A stretch of DNA of 64,000 nt from Burkholderiales bacterium (GTDB taxonomy: Bacteria > Pseudomonadota > Gammaproteobacteria > Burkholderiales > SG8-39). The position numbers and the translations under genes are program-made. Positions 38,098 to 48,064 of the stretch are shown one piece after another; within the stretch, counting starts at the first letter, position 1, and every line of letters starts with the position of its first letter. The DNA lies in contig JBFWWT010000005.1 of assembly GCA_050246035.1 (NCBI GenBank), forward strand, positions 16,575 to 80,574, read 5' to 3'. The notes beneath the pieces are model-generated. The model did no database searches. It saw only the letters and a program-made list of their open reading frames with translations, and was not told the DNA's origin.

Positions 38098-38889
38098 TCA
38101 GGCCGCCCCGATGCGCGCCTCGCGCGGGCGGTGGCCGATGGCGTGCGAAATGCGCTCGGCGGCTTCCTTGACGAGCGGGCCCCAGGTCGGCTTCATGCGC
38201 TCGGCGGGCGTGGACAGCGACAGCGCGGCGATCAGCCTGCCCGCGTCGTCGCGCACGCCCGCGGCCACGCAGCGCACGCCGAGCTCGGCCTCCTCGTTGT
38301 CGGTCGCCCAGCCCTGGCGCTGCGTGCGCTCGAGGTCGCGCTCGAGGGGCGCGACGCCGGCGAGCGTGTTGCGCGTGTGCGCCGCGAGCCCGGTGCGCTT
38401 GGCGTAGTCGCGCAGCCGCGCGAAGCCGTCCTCCAGCAGGAAGAGCTTGCCCGCGGCCGTGACGTGCAGCGGGGCGCGCGCGCCGATGGCGTGCACGATG
38501 CGCATCGCCGAGCGGCCCGAGGAGGTGCGCTCGACGTAGACGATCTCGTCGTCGTGGCGCACGGAGAGATTCACCGTCTCGCCCGTGTGCGCGTGCAGCT
38601 CGCGCATCACCGGCAGCGCGAGCTCGCGCACGCTGATGCGCGAGCGCACGCGGTTGCCGAGCTCGAGGAGCCGCATGCCGAGGCGATAGCTGCCGGGCTC
38701 GACGCGGTCCACGAGCCGGCCGCCGGCCAGCGCCGTGAGGATGCGGTGCGCGGTCGAGGGATGCAGGCCGGCGTACTGCGCGATCTGCTTCAGGCCGAGC
38801 GGCTCGGGGTGCTCGCCGAGGACGTCGAGCAGCTTCATCATCCGGTCGATGACCTGGATCGGGCCCTTGATGTCGTGCTTCGCCGCCAT
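38098..38889 (-). CDS. IclR-family regulator
   Basis: IQVIDR, LHPSTAHRIL, GETVNL, AAGK, E.ELGVRCVA. Confidence 0.93.
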   Translation of the reverse strand: MAAKHDIKGPIQVIDRMMKLLDVLGEHPEPLGLKQIAQYAGLHPSTAHRILTALAGGRLVDRVEPGSYRLGMRLLELGNRVRSRISVRELALPVMRELHAHTGETVNLSVRHDDEIVYVERTSSGRSAMRIVHAIGARAPLHVTAAGKLFLLEDGFARLRDYAKRTGLAAHTRNTLAGVAPLERDLERTQRQGWATDNEEAELGVRCVAAGVRDDAGRLIAALSLSTPAERMKPTWGPLVKEAAERISHAIGHRPREARIGAA

Positions 38890-38903
38890 GCGCGCCCGAT
38901 TCT

Positions 38904-38920
38904 ATCTCACGATGTGAAAT
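38904..38920. promoter_or_regulatory. Putative IclR-type operator palindrome
   Basis: ATCTCACGATGTGAAAT (TCAC-N3-GTGA) between the divergent -10 boxes TAGAAT and TAACAT. Confidence 0.6.
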
Positions 38921-38943
38921 GCGCGTGCTAACATCGGGCGCCG

Positions 38944-40083
38944 ATGCCGGTGATCACGAACATCGATGACCTGCGCCGCATGGCGCAGAGGCGCGTCGCG
39001 CGGGCGATTTCGGATTACGTCGCGCGCGGCTCATACGACGAGCAGACGCTGCGCGCGAACCGCGCCGACCTCGAGGCGCTGCGCTTCCGCCAGCGCGTGG
39101 CGATCGACGTCGACCGCCGCTCCACGCGCACGACGATGGCGGGCGAGGAAGCGGCGATGCCGGTGGCGATCGCCCCGGTGGGGCTCACGGGGCTCAACTG
39201 GGCGGACGGCGAGATCCTGGGCGCACGCGCGGCGCAGGCGTTCGGCATCCCGTTCACGCTGTCCACCATGTCGATCTGCTCGATCGAGGACGTGGCGGGG
39301 GAGGTCGGCAAGCCCTTCTGGTTCCAGCTCTACGTGATGCGCGACCGCGGCTTCGCCGCCTCGCTCATCGAGCGCGCGAAGGCGGCGAAGTGCTCGGCGC
39401 TCGTGCTGACGCTCGACCTGCAGATCCAGGGCCAGCGCCACAGGGACCTGAAGAACGGCCTCGCCGTGCCGCCGAAGCTCACGCCCGGCACTCTGCTCGA
39501 CGTGATGGGCAAGCCCGGCTGGGCGCTCAACGTGCTCGGCGGGCGGCGCAAGTCCTTCGGCAATCTCGAGGGACGCATTCCCGACGCGAAGAGCCTGACC
39601 ACGCTCTCGCAGTGGATCGCGGGGCAGTTCGACCCCACGCTGTCGTGGAAGGACGTGGAGTGGGTGAAAAGCCTCTGGGGCGGCAAGCTGATCCTCAAAG
39701 GCATCCTGGACGCGGAGGACGCGAAGATCGCCGCCTCGACCGGCGCGGATGCCATCGTCGTCTCCAACCATGGCGGCCGGCAGCTCGACGGCACCGTGTC
39801 CTCGATCCGCGCGCTGCCCGAGGTCGTGCAGGCGGTCGGTGGCCGCTGCGAGGTCTGGTTCGACGGCGGCATCCAGTCCGGGCAGGACGTGCTGCGCGCG
39901 CTCGCGCTCGGCGCGCGCGGCACCATGATCGGCAAGGCTTTCGCGTGGGGCCTCGGCGCGATGGGCGAGGCCGGCGTCACCCGGGTGCTCGAGATCCTGC
40001 AAAAGGAGCTCGACGTCACCATGGCCCTGTGCGGGCTCAGGGACGTGAAGGAGGCGAACCCCTCGATCCTGCGCGGCGCGTAG
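38944..40083 (+). CDS. lldD: FMN-dependent alpha-hydroxy acid dehydrogenase (LldD-like)
   Basis: WFQLY, LTLD, KGI, SNHGGRQLD, DGGI.SG.D. Confidence 0.85.
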   Translation: MPVITNIDDLRRMAQRRVARAISDYVARGSYDEQTLRANRADLEALRFRQRVAIDVDRRSTRTTMAGEEAAMPVAIAPVGLTGLNWADGEILGARAAQAFGIPFTLSTMSICSIEDVAGEVGKPFWFQLYVMRDRGFAASLIERAKAAKCSALVLTLDLQIQGQRHRDLKNGLAVPPKLTPGTLLDVMGKPGWALNVLGGRRKSFGNLEGRIPDAKSLTTLSQWIAGQFDPTLSWKDVEWVKSLWGGKLILKGILDAEDAKIAASTGADAIVVSNHGGRQLDGTVSSIRALPEVVQAVGGRCEVWFDGGIQSGQDVLRALALGARGTMIGKAFAWGLGAMGEAGVTRVLEILQKELDVTMALCGLRDVKEANPSILRGA

Positions 40084-41917
40084 CGCGGCGCGCGAACCGG
40101 TCCGGCGCGAGCGCCTCGACGAGCGGGCTCTCGAGCGGCAACGGCTCGTTTTCCATCTGGCTCGCGAGCAGCTCCGCGGCCAGGCCGGCCCACAGCAACC
40201 CTCTCGAGCCGTAGGCGAACGCGCCATGCAGTCCCTGCGCCGCCAGCGCGCCCACGAGCGGCAGCCGGTCGCGCGCCACCGTGCGAAACGACGTGCGCCC
40301 CTGCAGAGTGCCGGGGTCCAGCCCCCGAGCGGCGCCCGGGACGATGCGCTCGAGCCGCTCGAGGTTTCCCGCGTGGCTCGTGACGCGCACCGAAGGGTCG
40401 TCGTCGTCCAGGTCGAAGCTCGCGCCGGTGACGGTCACGCCGTCGATCGCGGGCAGCACCATGCCGCCGCGCAGCACCGCACAGCGCAGGCCCCCGACCG
40501 GCGGCAGGTAGGTGAGCTGGCCGCGCACGCGACGCAAGCGGACGTGCGGCGCCGGCGCAAGGCGCAGCGCGTCGGCGGCATTGGCGAGCACGACCGCGCC
40601 CGCCTCGGCGAGCGCGCCGCCGTCGCGGTCGCGCACGACCCAGCGCGCGCCGGCGCGATCGAGCGAGCCCGCCTCGCATCCGTAGAGCGTTCGCGCGCCG
40701 GAGCGCGCGATGAGCGCGCGCGCGAAGCTCGCCGGCCGGATCCATCCGGCTTCCGGATACCAAAGGCCGCCCGCGGCGAGCTTCACGCCCGCGCATTCGC
40801 TTGCGCGGCGGGCATCGAGCCTTTGCGCGTAGTCGAGCGGCGGCGCAAGGGCCGCGAATGCCGCGCGCTGCGCCTTGTCCTCGCGCGCGTCGCGCGCGAG
40901 CTGCAGCAGGCCGCAGCGCTTCCACTCCGGCGCGGCGCCGATCGCGTCGAACTGGCGCCAGTGCTCGAGCAGGAACGTGAACGCCGCGCGCGTCAGGCGC
41001 GCGAGGTAGCTGTCGTCGGGCGCGAGCACGGGATGGAAGGCGCCCGCGTGATTGCCCGAGGCCTCGCGCGCGGGCTCCGCGTGGCGTTCGACGAGCGTCA
41101 CTTCCCAGCCGCGCGCGGCGAGCCGCTCGCAAGCGGCCGCGCCTGCGATGCCGGCGCCTACGACCACGGCGCTGCGCTCGGCGGGCGCGGAGGGCGAGGG
41201 GCGCAGCGCCCGCCGAGGCACGAAGCGCGCAACGAGCATCTCGCTCTTTCGCGCGAAGCCGCGGCGCTTCTCGGCGACGAAGCCCGCCGCGCGCAGCGCC
41301 TCGCGCACGCCCGCCGCGACGCTCCAGGTGGCGGCGCTCGCGCCGGGCGCCGCGAGGCGCGCCACGGCGCGCATGAGCTCGGGCGACCACATGTCGGGAT
41401 TCCTCGCCGGCGCGAAGCCGTCGAGGAAGATCGCATCCGCCGCGAGGCGCAGCTGCGGCACGAGCTCGGCCGCGTCGCCGAAGGCGAGCGTGAGCACGAC
41501 TCGCCCGCCCGCGAACTCGAGGCGGTGCAGGCCCGGCACGAGCAGCGGCCAGGCGCTCCTCAACTCTTCCGCGAGCGGCGCGAGCTCGGCGTGCGGCGCG
41601 TGCAGCACGGCGAGGTCCTGCGCGCTGAAAGGGTGCTTCTCGACCGAGATGTAGTGCAGGCGCTCGCAGCGGCGCGGATCGTCGCGCCAGGCCTGCCAGG
41701 CGACGAGAAAGGAAAGACCGAAGCCGAATCCCGTCTCGAGGATCGTGAAGCGGCGCGCCCCGGCCCAGCGCCCCGGAAGCCCGTTGCCGCCGAGGAACAC
41801 GTGCTGCGCCTGCGCCGCGCCGCCCTCGGCGCTGTGATACAGGTCATCGTAGTCGCGCGAGTACGGCGTGCCGTCGGCGGCGAAGGCGAGGCGCGCCTGG
41901 GCCAGCAGACGCGGCAT
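40037..41917 (-). CDS. mnmC: Bifunctional tRNA mnm5s2U34 synthesis protein
   Basis: ETGFG.G, FLDGFAP..NPDMW; GAGIAG, ASGN, RGQ, GSRG. Confidence 0.92.
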   Translation of the reverse strand: MPRLLAQARLAFAADGTPYSRDYDDLYHSAEGGAAQAQHVFLGGNGLPGRWAGARRFTILETGFGFGLSFLVAWQAWRDDPRRCERLHYISVEKHPFSAQDLAVLHAPHAELAPLAEELRSAWPLLVPGLHRLEFAGGRVVLTLAFGDAAELVPQLRLAADAIFLDGFAPARNPDMWSPELMRAVARLAAPGASAATWSVAAGVREALRAAGFVAEKRRGFARKSEMLVARFVPRRALRPSPSAPAERSAVVVGAGIAGAAACERLAARGWEVTLVERHAEPAREASGNHAGAFHPVLAPDDSYLARLTRAAFTFLLEHWRQFDAIGAAPEWKRCGLLQLARDAREDKAQRAAFAALAPPLDYAQRLDARRASECAGVKLAAGGLWYPEAGWIRPASFARALIARSGARTLYGCEAGSLDRAGARWVVRDRDGGALAEAGAVVLANAADALRLAPAPHVRLRRVRGQLTYLPPVGGLRCAVLRGGMVLPAIDGVTVTGASFDLDDDDPSVRVTSHAGNLERLERIVPGAARGLDPGTLQGRTSFRTVARDRLPLVGALAAQGLHGAFAYGSRGLLWAGLAAELLASQMENEPLPLESPLVEALAPDRFARRATRRAGSRGSPPSRP

Positions 41918-42738
41918 CAGGCGGCGTGCATGTGCACTTCGCGCTGCGGGAAGGGAATGACGATGTTGCGGCTGCGGAACGCCTCGAGGATCGCCTTCGC
42001 GACCTCCGCGCCCGCGGGCACGAAGTCGGGCACGTGCACCCAGGGCTTCACCGCGATTCGCACCTGCGAGTCGGCGAGGCGGCTGACGCCGATCACGGGC
42101 CGGGGGTCCTGCAGCACGCGCGCATTGGCGCGCAGCGTCTCCTCCACGGAGCGCAGCGCCGCGCCGATGTCGGTGTCGTAGGCCACGCCGACCTCGACGT
42201 CGAGCTGCCGCAGCTTGCCGAAGTTGTGCAGGATCTCGCCGACGATCTTGCGGTTCGGGATCACCACGCGCGACAGGTCGGGGTGGCCGAGCACGGTGCT
42301 GAACAGGCTCACGTCGAGCACCTCGCCTTCCTCCTGCTGGAGCGAGATGTAGTCGCCGACGCGGTAGGGGTGCGTGAAGATGATCGTGAGTCCCGCAACG
42401 ACGTTGGAGAGCACCCCCTGCATGGCGAGCGCGATGCCCGCGCCGGCGATGCTGATGCCGGCGATGAGCGGCAGCAGCTCCACGCCCAGGTTCTGCAGCG
42501 CGATGATGCCGAACAGCGCCAGCACGAAGATGCGCACGATGCGCTCGAGCAGGTTTCGCACCGGCGGGTCGAGCTGCAGGCGCTCGAGGGCGCGCAGCGT
42601 CGCGCGGCCCGCCCAGCGGCCGGCGTAGAAGCCGGCGGCAAGGATCAGGAGGGCGACGACGACCTTCGGCCCGAAGCGCATGGCGAGGTCGATCGCGGTG
42701 CTGCTGACTTGGTCGATGGCCTTCAGCTGCTCGTCCAT
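41917..42738 (-). CDS. mscS: Small-conductance mechanosensitive channel (MscS family)
   Basis: LA.QG.LSN..AG, PYRVGD, IPN, VAYD, IPFPQR. Confidence 0.9.
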   Translation of the reverse strand: MDEQLKAIDQVSSTAIDLAMRFGPKVVVALLILAAGFYAGRWAGRATLRALERLQLDPPVRNLLERIVRIFVLALFGIIALQNLGVELLPLIAGISIAGAGIALAMQGVLSNVVAGLTIIFTHPYRVGDYISLQQEEGEVLDVSLFSTVLGHPDLSRVVIPNRKIVGEILHNFGKLRQLDVEVGVAYDTDIGAALRSVEETLRANARVLQDPRPVIGVSRLADSQVRIAVKPWVHVPDFVPAGAEVAKAILEAFRSRNIVIPFPQREVHMHAA

Positions 42739-42802
42739 GGCGCTGTCTCCCCGAGTGTGAATTGGCTTACATTATGGCAGTCGCCGCACGGAGTCAGTCC
42801 CC

Positions 42803-44308
42803 ATGAACAAACCCTCAGACCTCAAGCTCGCCACCGTCCCCGCCTGGATCAACGGCAAGCCGCTCGTGCCGCAGGGGCGCATGGGCGACGTCTACAACCC
42901 CGCCACCGGTCGCGTGACGAAGCAGGTGCCCTATTGCGACGTTGCGACCGTCGACGCCGCGGTGAAGGCCGCCGCGGCGGCGCTGCCCGAATGGCGCGAC
43001 GCGTCCATCCTGCGGCGCGCGCGCGTGATGCAGAAGTTCCTGCAGCTCATGCAGGCGCACCAGAAGGACATCGCGAAGCTGATCACCGAGGAGCACGGCA
43101 AGACGCTCCCGGACGCCATGGGCTCGGTGCAGCGCGGCATCGAGGTCGTGGAGTTCGTCTGCGGCATCCCGCAGCTGCTGAAGGGCGAGTACTCGGAGAA
43201 CGTGGGCACCGCGGTGGACACGCATACCGTGCGCCAGCCCGTGGGCGTATGCGCGGGCATCACGCCGTTCAACTTTCCCGCGATGGTGCCGCTGTGGATG
43301 TTCCCGGTCGCCATCGCCTGCGGCAATACGTTCATCCTCAAGCCCTCGGAGAAGGTGCCCTCGGCGGCGATCCGCATGGCCGAGCTCTTCAAGGAGGCGG
43401 GGCTGCCCGATGGCGTCTTCAACGTGGTGCACGGCGACAAGGCCGCGGTGGACGCGATCCTCGCGCACCCCGGCATTGCCGCGGTGAGCTTCGTAGGCTC
43501 CACGCCGATCGCCAAGTACATCTATGAGACCTGCGCGAAGAACGGCAAGCGCGTGCAGGCGCTGGGCGGAGCGAAGAACCACGCCGTGGTGCTGCCCGAT
43601 GCCGACCTCGAGTTCGCGGCCGATGCGTTGATCGGCGCGGGCTACGGCTCGGCGGGGGAGCGCTGCATGGCGATCTCGGCGGTCGTCGCGGTCGGCGCGG
43701 CGGCCGACCCGCTCGTCAGGCTCCTGGAGAAGAAGGCGAAGGCGATCAAGATCGGCCCGGGCGATGCCGAGGGCGTGGACATGGGCCCGCTCGTCACCGC
43801 GCAGCACCGCGACAAGGTCGCTTCGTACATCGAGAAGGGCAAGAGCGAAGGCGCAAAACCCGTGCTGGACGGCGGCACCCCGCCCGTGAAGGAGGGCTTC
43901 TTCCTCGGCACGACGTTGTTCGACGACGTGAAGCCCGAGATGCAGATCTACAAGGACGAGATCTTCGGGCCGGTGCTCGTCGTGCTGCGCGTGAAGACGC
44001 TGGAGGAGGCGATCGCGCTCGTCAACCGAAACCCGTACGCGAACGGCACCGCGATCTTCACCGAATCGGGCGGCGCCGCGCGCCGGTTCGAGAACGAGGT
44101 CCAGGTCGGCATGGTCGGCATCAACGTGCCGATCCCGGTGCCGGTCGCGTTCTACTCCTTCGGCGGCTGGAAGAACTCGCTCTTCGGCGACCTGCACGTG
44201 CACGGCGTCGAAGGCATCAAGTTCTACACCCGCACCAAGGTGGTCACCACCCGCTGGCCGCACCAGGACACCCCCGCCCCGGGCCTGAACATGCCGACAC
44301 TGGGTTAA
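42803..44308 (+). CDS. mmsA: CoA-acylating methylmalonate-semialdehyde dehydrogenase
   Basis: TPFNFP, KPSE, GGAKNH, GERCMA, EIFGPV, INVPIPVP. Confidence 0.93.
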   Translation: MNKPSDLKLATVPAWINGKPLVPQGRMGDVYNPATGRVTKQVPYCDVATVDAAVKAAAAALPEWRDASILRRARVMQKFLQLMQAHQKDIAKLITEEHGKTLPDAMGSVQRGIEVVEFVCGIPQLLKGEYSENVGTAVDTHTVRQPVGVCAGITPFNFPAMVPLWMFPVAIACGNTFILKPSEKVPSAAIRMAELFKEAGLPDGVFNVVHGDKAAVDAILAHPGIAAVSFVGSTPIAKYIYETCAKNGKRVQALGGAKNHAVVLPDADLEFAADALIGAGYGSAGERCMAISAVVAVGAAADPLVRLLEKKAKAIKIGPGDAEGVDMGPLVTAQHRDKVASYIEKGKSEGAKPVLDGGTPPVKEGFFLGTTLFDDVKPEMQIYKDEIFGPVLVVLRVKTLEEAIALVNRNPYANGTAIFTESGGAARRFENEVQVGMVGINVPIPVPVAFYSFGGWKNSLFGDLHVHGVEGIKFYTRTKVVTTRWPHQDTPAPGLNMPTLG

Positions 44309-44358
44309 TTGGGGACGGACCTCAATTTTCGCTATGCGAAAATTGAGGTCCGTCCCTA
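44306..44358. repeat. REP-like palindrome with a perfect 21-bp stem between convergent genes; probable terminator role
   Basis: GGGACGGACCTCAATTTTCGC-TAT-GCGAAAATTGAGGTCCGTCCC (44312-44356). Confidence 0.85.
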
Positions 44359-45090
44359 TTTGCGCGGTGCCTTCGCCAAGTCGGGCACGGAGACGCCCGC
44401 GGCGACCTGCGCGAGGCGGTTTTCCTCGTACTTGAGGATGCGCTGCACGACGGCGAGCACGTCGGCGGCACGCGCATGAGGCACGAAGCAGACGCCGACT
44501 TCGTCGGCGACGACGAGATCCCCGGGCGCGACCGACACGCCGCAGATCGACACCGGCACGTTGATCGCCACGGTCTCGATGCGCCACTTGCCCGTGATCG
44601 GGCTCGCGCCCTTCGACCACACCGGATAGCCGATGCCGCGCGAGTGCGCGATATCGCGCACCGCGCCGTCCACCACGGCGCCGGCCTCCCCCTCGCGCTT
44701 GCCGATCGAGGCGGAGATGGCGCCCATGCTGGAAACGCCCTCGACGCCCTGCACGACGAGCACGTCGCCCGCCGTAGCGAGGTTGTGCGCCTCGATCTCG
44801 CCGAGGCGCGAGACGTTCGCCTGCACGGCCTTCGCCACGGGTACATCCAGCGGCCTATTGAGGACAGTGAGCGCCTGTCCGCACAGGCGCGCGCCCGCGT
44901 CGGTGGGCCGCAGCACCGTGGATGGGATCGCGCCCGCGATGCCGAGCTCGTCGAGCGCGTCCGACACGACGCCCGAGAGATCCTCGAGCGCGCGGAAGGT
45001 ATCGAGAACCCCGGCCGGCAGGCGCGCGATCTCGAGCGTGCCGATGCGCTCGCGCGGGATCTTGCCCGTCAGCGCCTTCTCGCGGCTCAT
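44356..45090 (-). CDS. RraA / HMG-aldolase family protein
   Basis: VSDALD, G.A.T, VVDGAVRD, PGD.VVADEVGV. Confidence 0.85.
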   Translation of the reverse strand: MSREKALTGKIPRERIGTLEIARLPAGVLDTFRALEDLSGVVSDALDELGIAGAIPSTVLRPTDAGARLCGQALTVLNRPLDVPVAKAVQANVSRLGEIEAHNLATAGDVLVVQGVEGVSSMGAISASIGKREGEAGAVVDGAVRDIAHSRGIGYPVWSKGASPITGKWRIETVAINVPVSICGVSVAPGDLVVADEVGVCFVPHARAADVLAVVQRILKYEENRLAQVAAGVSVPDLAKAPRK

Positions 45091-45956
45091 CCCGCGAACC
45101 GCCCTTCGGCCAGGCCGCGCGCGCCCGGGCGCAGCGCGAGCAGGCTGCCGGCGAGCGGCTGCTTCGCGAGGTCTTCGGGCGCGAGGCGCTGCGTGGCCGT
45201 CGTCACGTAGAGCGTGCCGAGGTCCTCGCCGCCGAAGGCGCAGCAGGTGGGGTTCGCGACCGGAATCTCGACCACGCGGTCCACCTTGCCCGCGGGCGTG
45301 TAGCGCACGAGCCGCCAGCCGCCGTACTCCGCGTTCCAGAGGCAGCCGTCTGCGTCCACGCAGGAGCCGTCGGGCCGGCCGCTGCCCGTGTCGGCGAATA
45401 CGCGCTCGCGCGTTGCCGCGCCGGTAGCCGGGTCGTAGTCGAAGGCCCAGATCGTGTGGCGGTTGGTGTCGGCGAAATACATCGTGCGGCCGTCGGGGCT
45501 GAAGGCGAGGCTGTTCGGGATGATGACCGCGTTCCTCAGCTTCGTGCAGGCGAAATCGGCGTCGACGCGATAGAGCGAGCCGACCGGGTCGCGCTTCGCA
45601 TCGCTCATCGTGCCCGCCCAGAACCGACCCTGCCGGTCGCAGCGGCCGTCGTTGAAGCGATTGTCGGGCAAGTGCGCTTCGGGATGCGCGCGCGCTTCGA
45701 GCGCGCCGCTCGAGGGATCGAGCAGGTGCAGGCCGCTCTTCGTCGCCGCGAGCAGGCCGCCGCGCTCGCGCAGCGCGACGCTGCCGACCACCTCGGGCAG
45801 CACGACCATCATCACCGCGCCGCTCGCCGGGTCGAGGCGCTTCACCGCCGGCCAGCGGCTGTCCACCCACCAGAGCATGCCTTCGCGCTCGTCCCAGAGC
45901 GGGCATTCGCCGAGCCGGTCGGCGCCGGGCGCCGCGACCTCCCACTGAAACGCCAT
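45087..45956 (-). CDS. SMP-30/gluconolactonase family protein
   Basis: LGECP.WD, RFNDG, PNS, PDG..VD, T.C.FGG. Confidence 0.9.
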   Translation of the reverse strand: MAFQWEVAAPGADRLGECPLWDEREGMLWWVDSRWPAVKRLDPASGAVMMVVLPEVVGSVALRERGGLLAATKSGLHLLDPSSGALEARAHPEAHLPDNRFNDGRCDRQGRFWAGTMSDAKRDPVGSLYRVDADFACTKLRNAVIIPNSLAFSPDGRTMYFADTNRHTIWAFDYDPATGAATRERVFADTGSGRPDGSCVDADGCLWNAEYGGWRLVRYTPAGKVDRVVEIPVANPTCCAFGGEDLGTLYVTTATQRLAPEDLAKQPLAGSLLALRPGARGLAEGRFAG

Positions 45957-45993
45957 TTCCGGATCGTCTCCCCTTCAGGCACGATAGCATGCC

Positions 45994-46965
45994 GTGAAAG
46001 CCGTGTTCTACGGATCGCTGATCCACCATCTGCCGCCGACGCTGCTCGCGAAGGTGAAGACGCCCTGGACGACCGAGCGCTTCCTCGAGAAGGACTCGCG
46101 CGAAGACCTCGCGCGCGCGCTCGCCGACGCCGACGTGCTGATCTCCCTGCAGTGGAGCCGCGATTTTCCGCCCGCGCCCGGGCTCAAGCTCATCCAGTCG
46201 CCCGGCACCGGCGTCGACTTCATCGACTTTGGCGCGGTACCGCCGGGCGTGGCGGTGTGCAACTGCTACGGCCATGCCGAGGGCACGGCCGAGTACGTGG
46301 TCCTCGGCCTGCTCCTCTGGTGCCAGACCTCGTTCGTGCCCTCGCACCAGGCGTTCCGCGCCGAGCGCAGCTGGCGCCACAGCGGCCGCGTCAACGGCCC
46401 GATCATGGGCGAGCTCTACGGCAGCACGGTCGGCATCCTCGGCCTCGGCGCCATCGGCCGCGCGGTCGCCGAGCGCCTGCAGGGCTTCGGCGTCACCGTC
46501 ATCGGCTGCAATCGCACGCTGCGCGAGGAGCCTCACGTGCATGCGCAATACCCGCTCGCGCGCATCGACGAGTTCCTGGCGAGGTGCGACTACGTCGTCG
46601 TCGCGGCTGCGCTCGCACCCGAGACCGAGCGCCTGATCGACGCGCGGCGCCTCGCCGCGATGAAGCGCTCGGCGGTGCTCGTCAACGTCGGCCGCGGCCC
46701 CGTCGTGGACGAGGACGCGCTCTATGCGGCGCTGAAGGAAAAGCGCATCCGCGGCGCGACGCTGGACGTCTGGTACGCCTATCCGCGGCACGACGATCTG
46801 CACGTCGCGCCCTCGAAGCACCCGTTCCACGAGCTCGACAACGTGTGGATGACGCCTCACATCGCGGCCTGGACCACCGGCATGGTGGACCGGCGCTGGA
46901 GCGAGATCGCGCGCAACCTCGATGCGCTCGTGCGCGGCGAGCCGCTGCTGCACCGGCTCAAGTGA
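45994..46965 (+). CDS. D-2-hydroxyacid dehydrogenase family protein
   Basis: GLGAIG, NVGRG, LDVW, TPH. Confidence 0.88.
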   Translation: MKAVFYGSLIHHLPPTLLAKVKTPWTTERFLEKDSREDLARALADADVLISLQWSRDFPPAPGLKLIQSPGTGVDFIDFGAVPPGVAVCNCYGHAEGTAEYVVLGLLLWCQTSFVPSHQAFRAERSWRHSGRVNGPIMGELYGSTVGILGLGAIGRAVAERLQGFGVTVIGCNRTLREEPHVHAQYPLARIDEFLARCDYVVVAAALAPETERLIDARRLAAMKRSAVLVNVGRGPVVDEDALYAALKEKRIRGATLDVWYAYPRHDDLHVAPSKHPFHELDNVWMTPHIAAWTTGMVDRRWSEIARNLDALVRGEPLLHRLK

Positions 46966-48035
46966 AGCTCGAGCGCTGGTCGCTGCATTTCTACCGCCTG
47001 CCGTACGCGCGCGAGGTGGTGTGGGCGAACGCGCGCGAGTCCTCGGGCCTCTTCGCCCTGCTCGTGCTCGAGGCGGGCGGCGCGCGCGGCATCGCCGAGG
47101 GCACGCTCAAGGACACCTGGAGCGGCGTTTCGCCGCGCTCGCTCGGCGCGGCGCTCGAGGACTTCCTCATCCCGCGTCTGCGCGATGCGGACCTTACGGA
47201 CGAAAAGGTGGTGGCGAAGGCGCTGGCCGGCATTCCGGAGAACCGCCTCGCCAAGGGCATGATCGAGAGCGCCTGCTGGACCCTGCGCGCCGCCGTGGCC
47301 GGCGAGCCGCTGTGGAAGCTTTGGGAGGCGGGCCGCACGCGCGAGCTCGCCTGGACCGTGACGCGTCAGGCGCCGTCGGCCATGGCGCGGGAAGCGGCGG
47401 ACGTGTGCGCGCGGCACGGCTTTCGCGTTCTCAAGGTTAAGGGCGGGCAGGGCGAGGACACAGACCTGCAGGCGCTGCGCGAGATCCGCGCAGCGGTCGG
47501 TCCGCAGGTCGAGCTGTACGTCGACGCGAACAGCCACTACGCGCGCGGAGATGCGCTCGACTACGTGAAGCGGATTGCCGCCGCGGGCGCGGCGGTAGCC
47601 GAGGACCCCAGTGCGCTCGCGCCCGACCGCGAGTTCGAGGCGCTGCAGGCGCAGAGCCCGATTCCGATCCTCGTCGACCGCAGCTGTGCTTCGAAAGAGG
47701 ACGCCGCGCTCTACCTCGAGCGCGGCGCGCGGGCGCTGTCCACCAAGCCGGGACGAGTCGGTCTCGCCGAGACGCGCGCGATCGCCGCGATGGCCCTGCG
47801 GCGCGGCGCGCGCACCGCGATCGGCATTTACGGCGAGAGCGCGATCGGCTCGCTCGTCAGCCTGCAGCAGCCGGGCAGCATGGCCGCCGAGCAGACTTTC
47901 TTTCTGGCGATGCGCGAGCAGGTGAGCACGCTCGTGCCGGAGATCCGGGGCGGGCGCATCGAGCTGCCGGACGTGGCAGATTTCTCGCGACTCGTGGACT
48001 GGGAGCGCCTCAGGCAATTGGCCTACAATGACTAG
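46962..48035 (+). CDS. Enolase-superfamily enzyme (MLE subgroup)
   Basis: KVK, DAN, EDP, D, K in order; PLWKL. Confidence 0.8.
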   Translation: MKLERWSLHFYRLPYAREVVWANARESSGLFALLVLEAGGARGIAEGTLKDTWSGVSPRSLGAALEDFLIPRLRDADLTDEKVVAKALAGIPENRLAKGMIESACWTLRAAVAGEPLWKLWEAGRTRELAWTVTRQAPSAMAREAADVCARHGFRVLKVKGGQGEDTDLQALREIRAAVGPQVELYVDANSHYARGDALDYVKRIAAAGAAVAEDPSALAPDREFEALQAQSPIPILVDRSCASKEDAALYLERGARALSTKPGRVGLAETRAIAAMALRRGARTAIGIYGESAIGSLVSLQQPGSMAAEQTFFLAMREQVSTLVPEIRGGRIELPDVADFSRLVDWERLRQLAYND

Positions 48036-48064
48036 TTGTCCGGCTTTGAGCCGATACTAGATAC

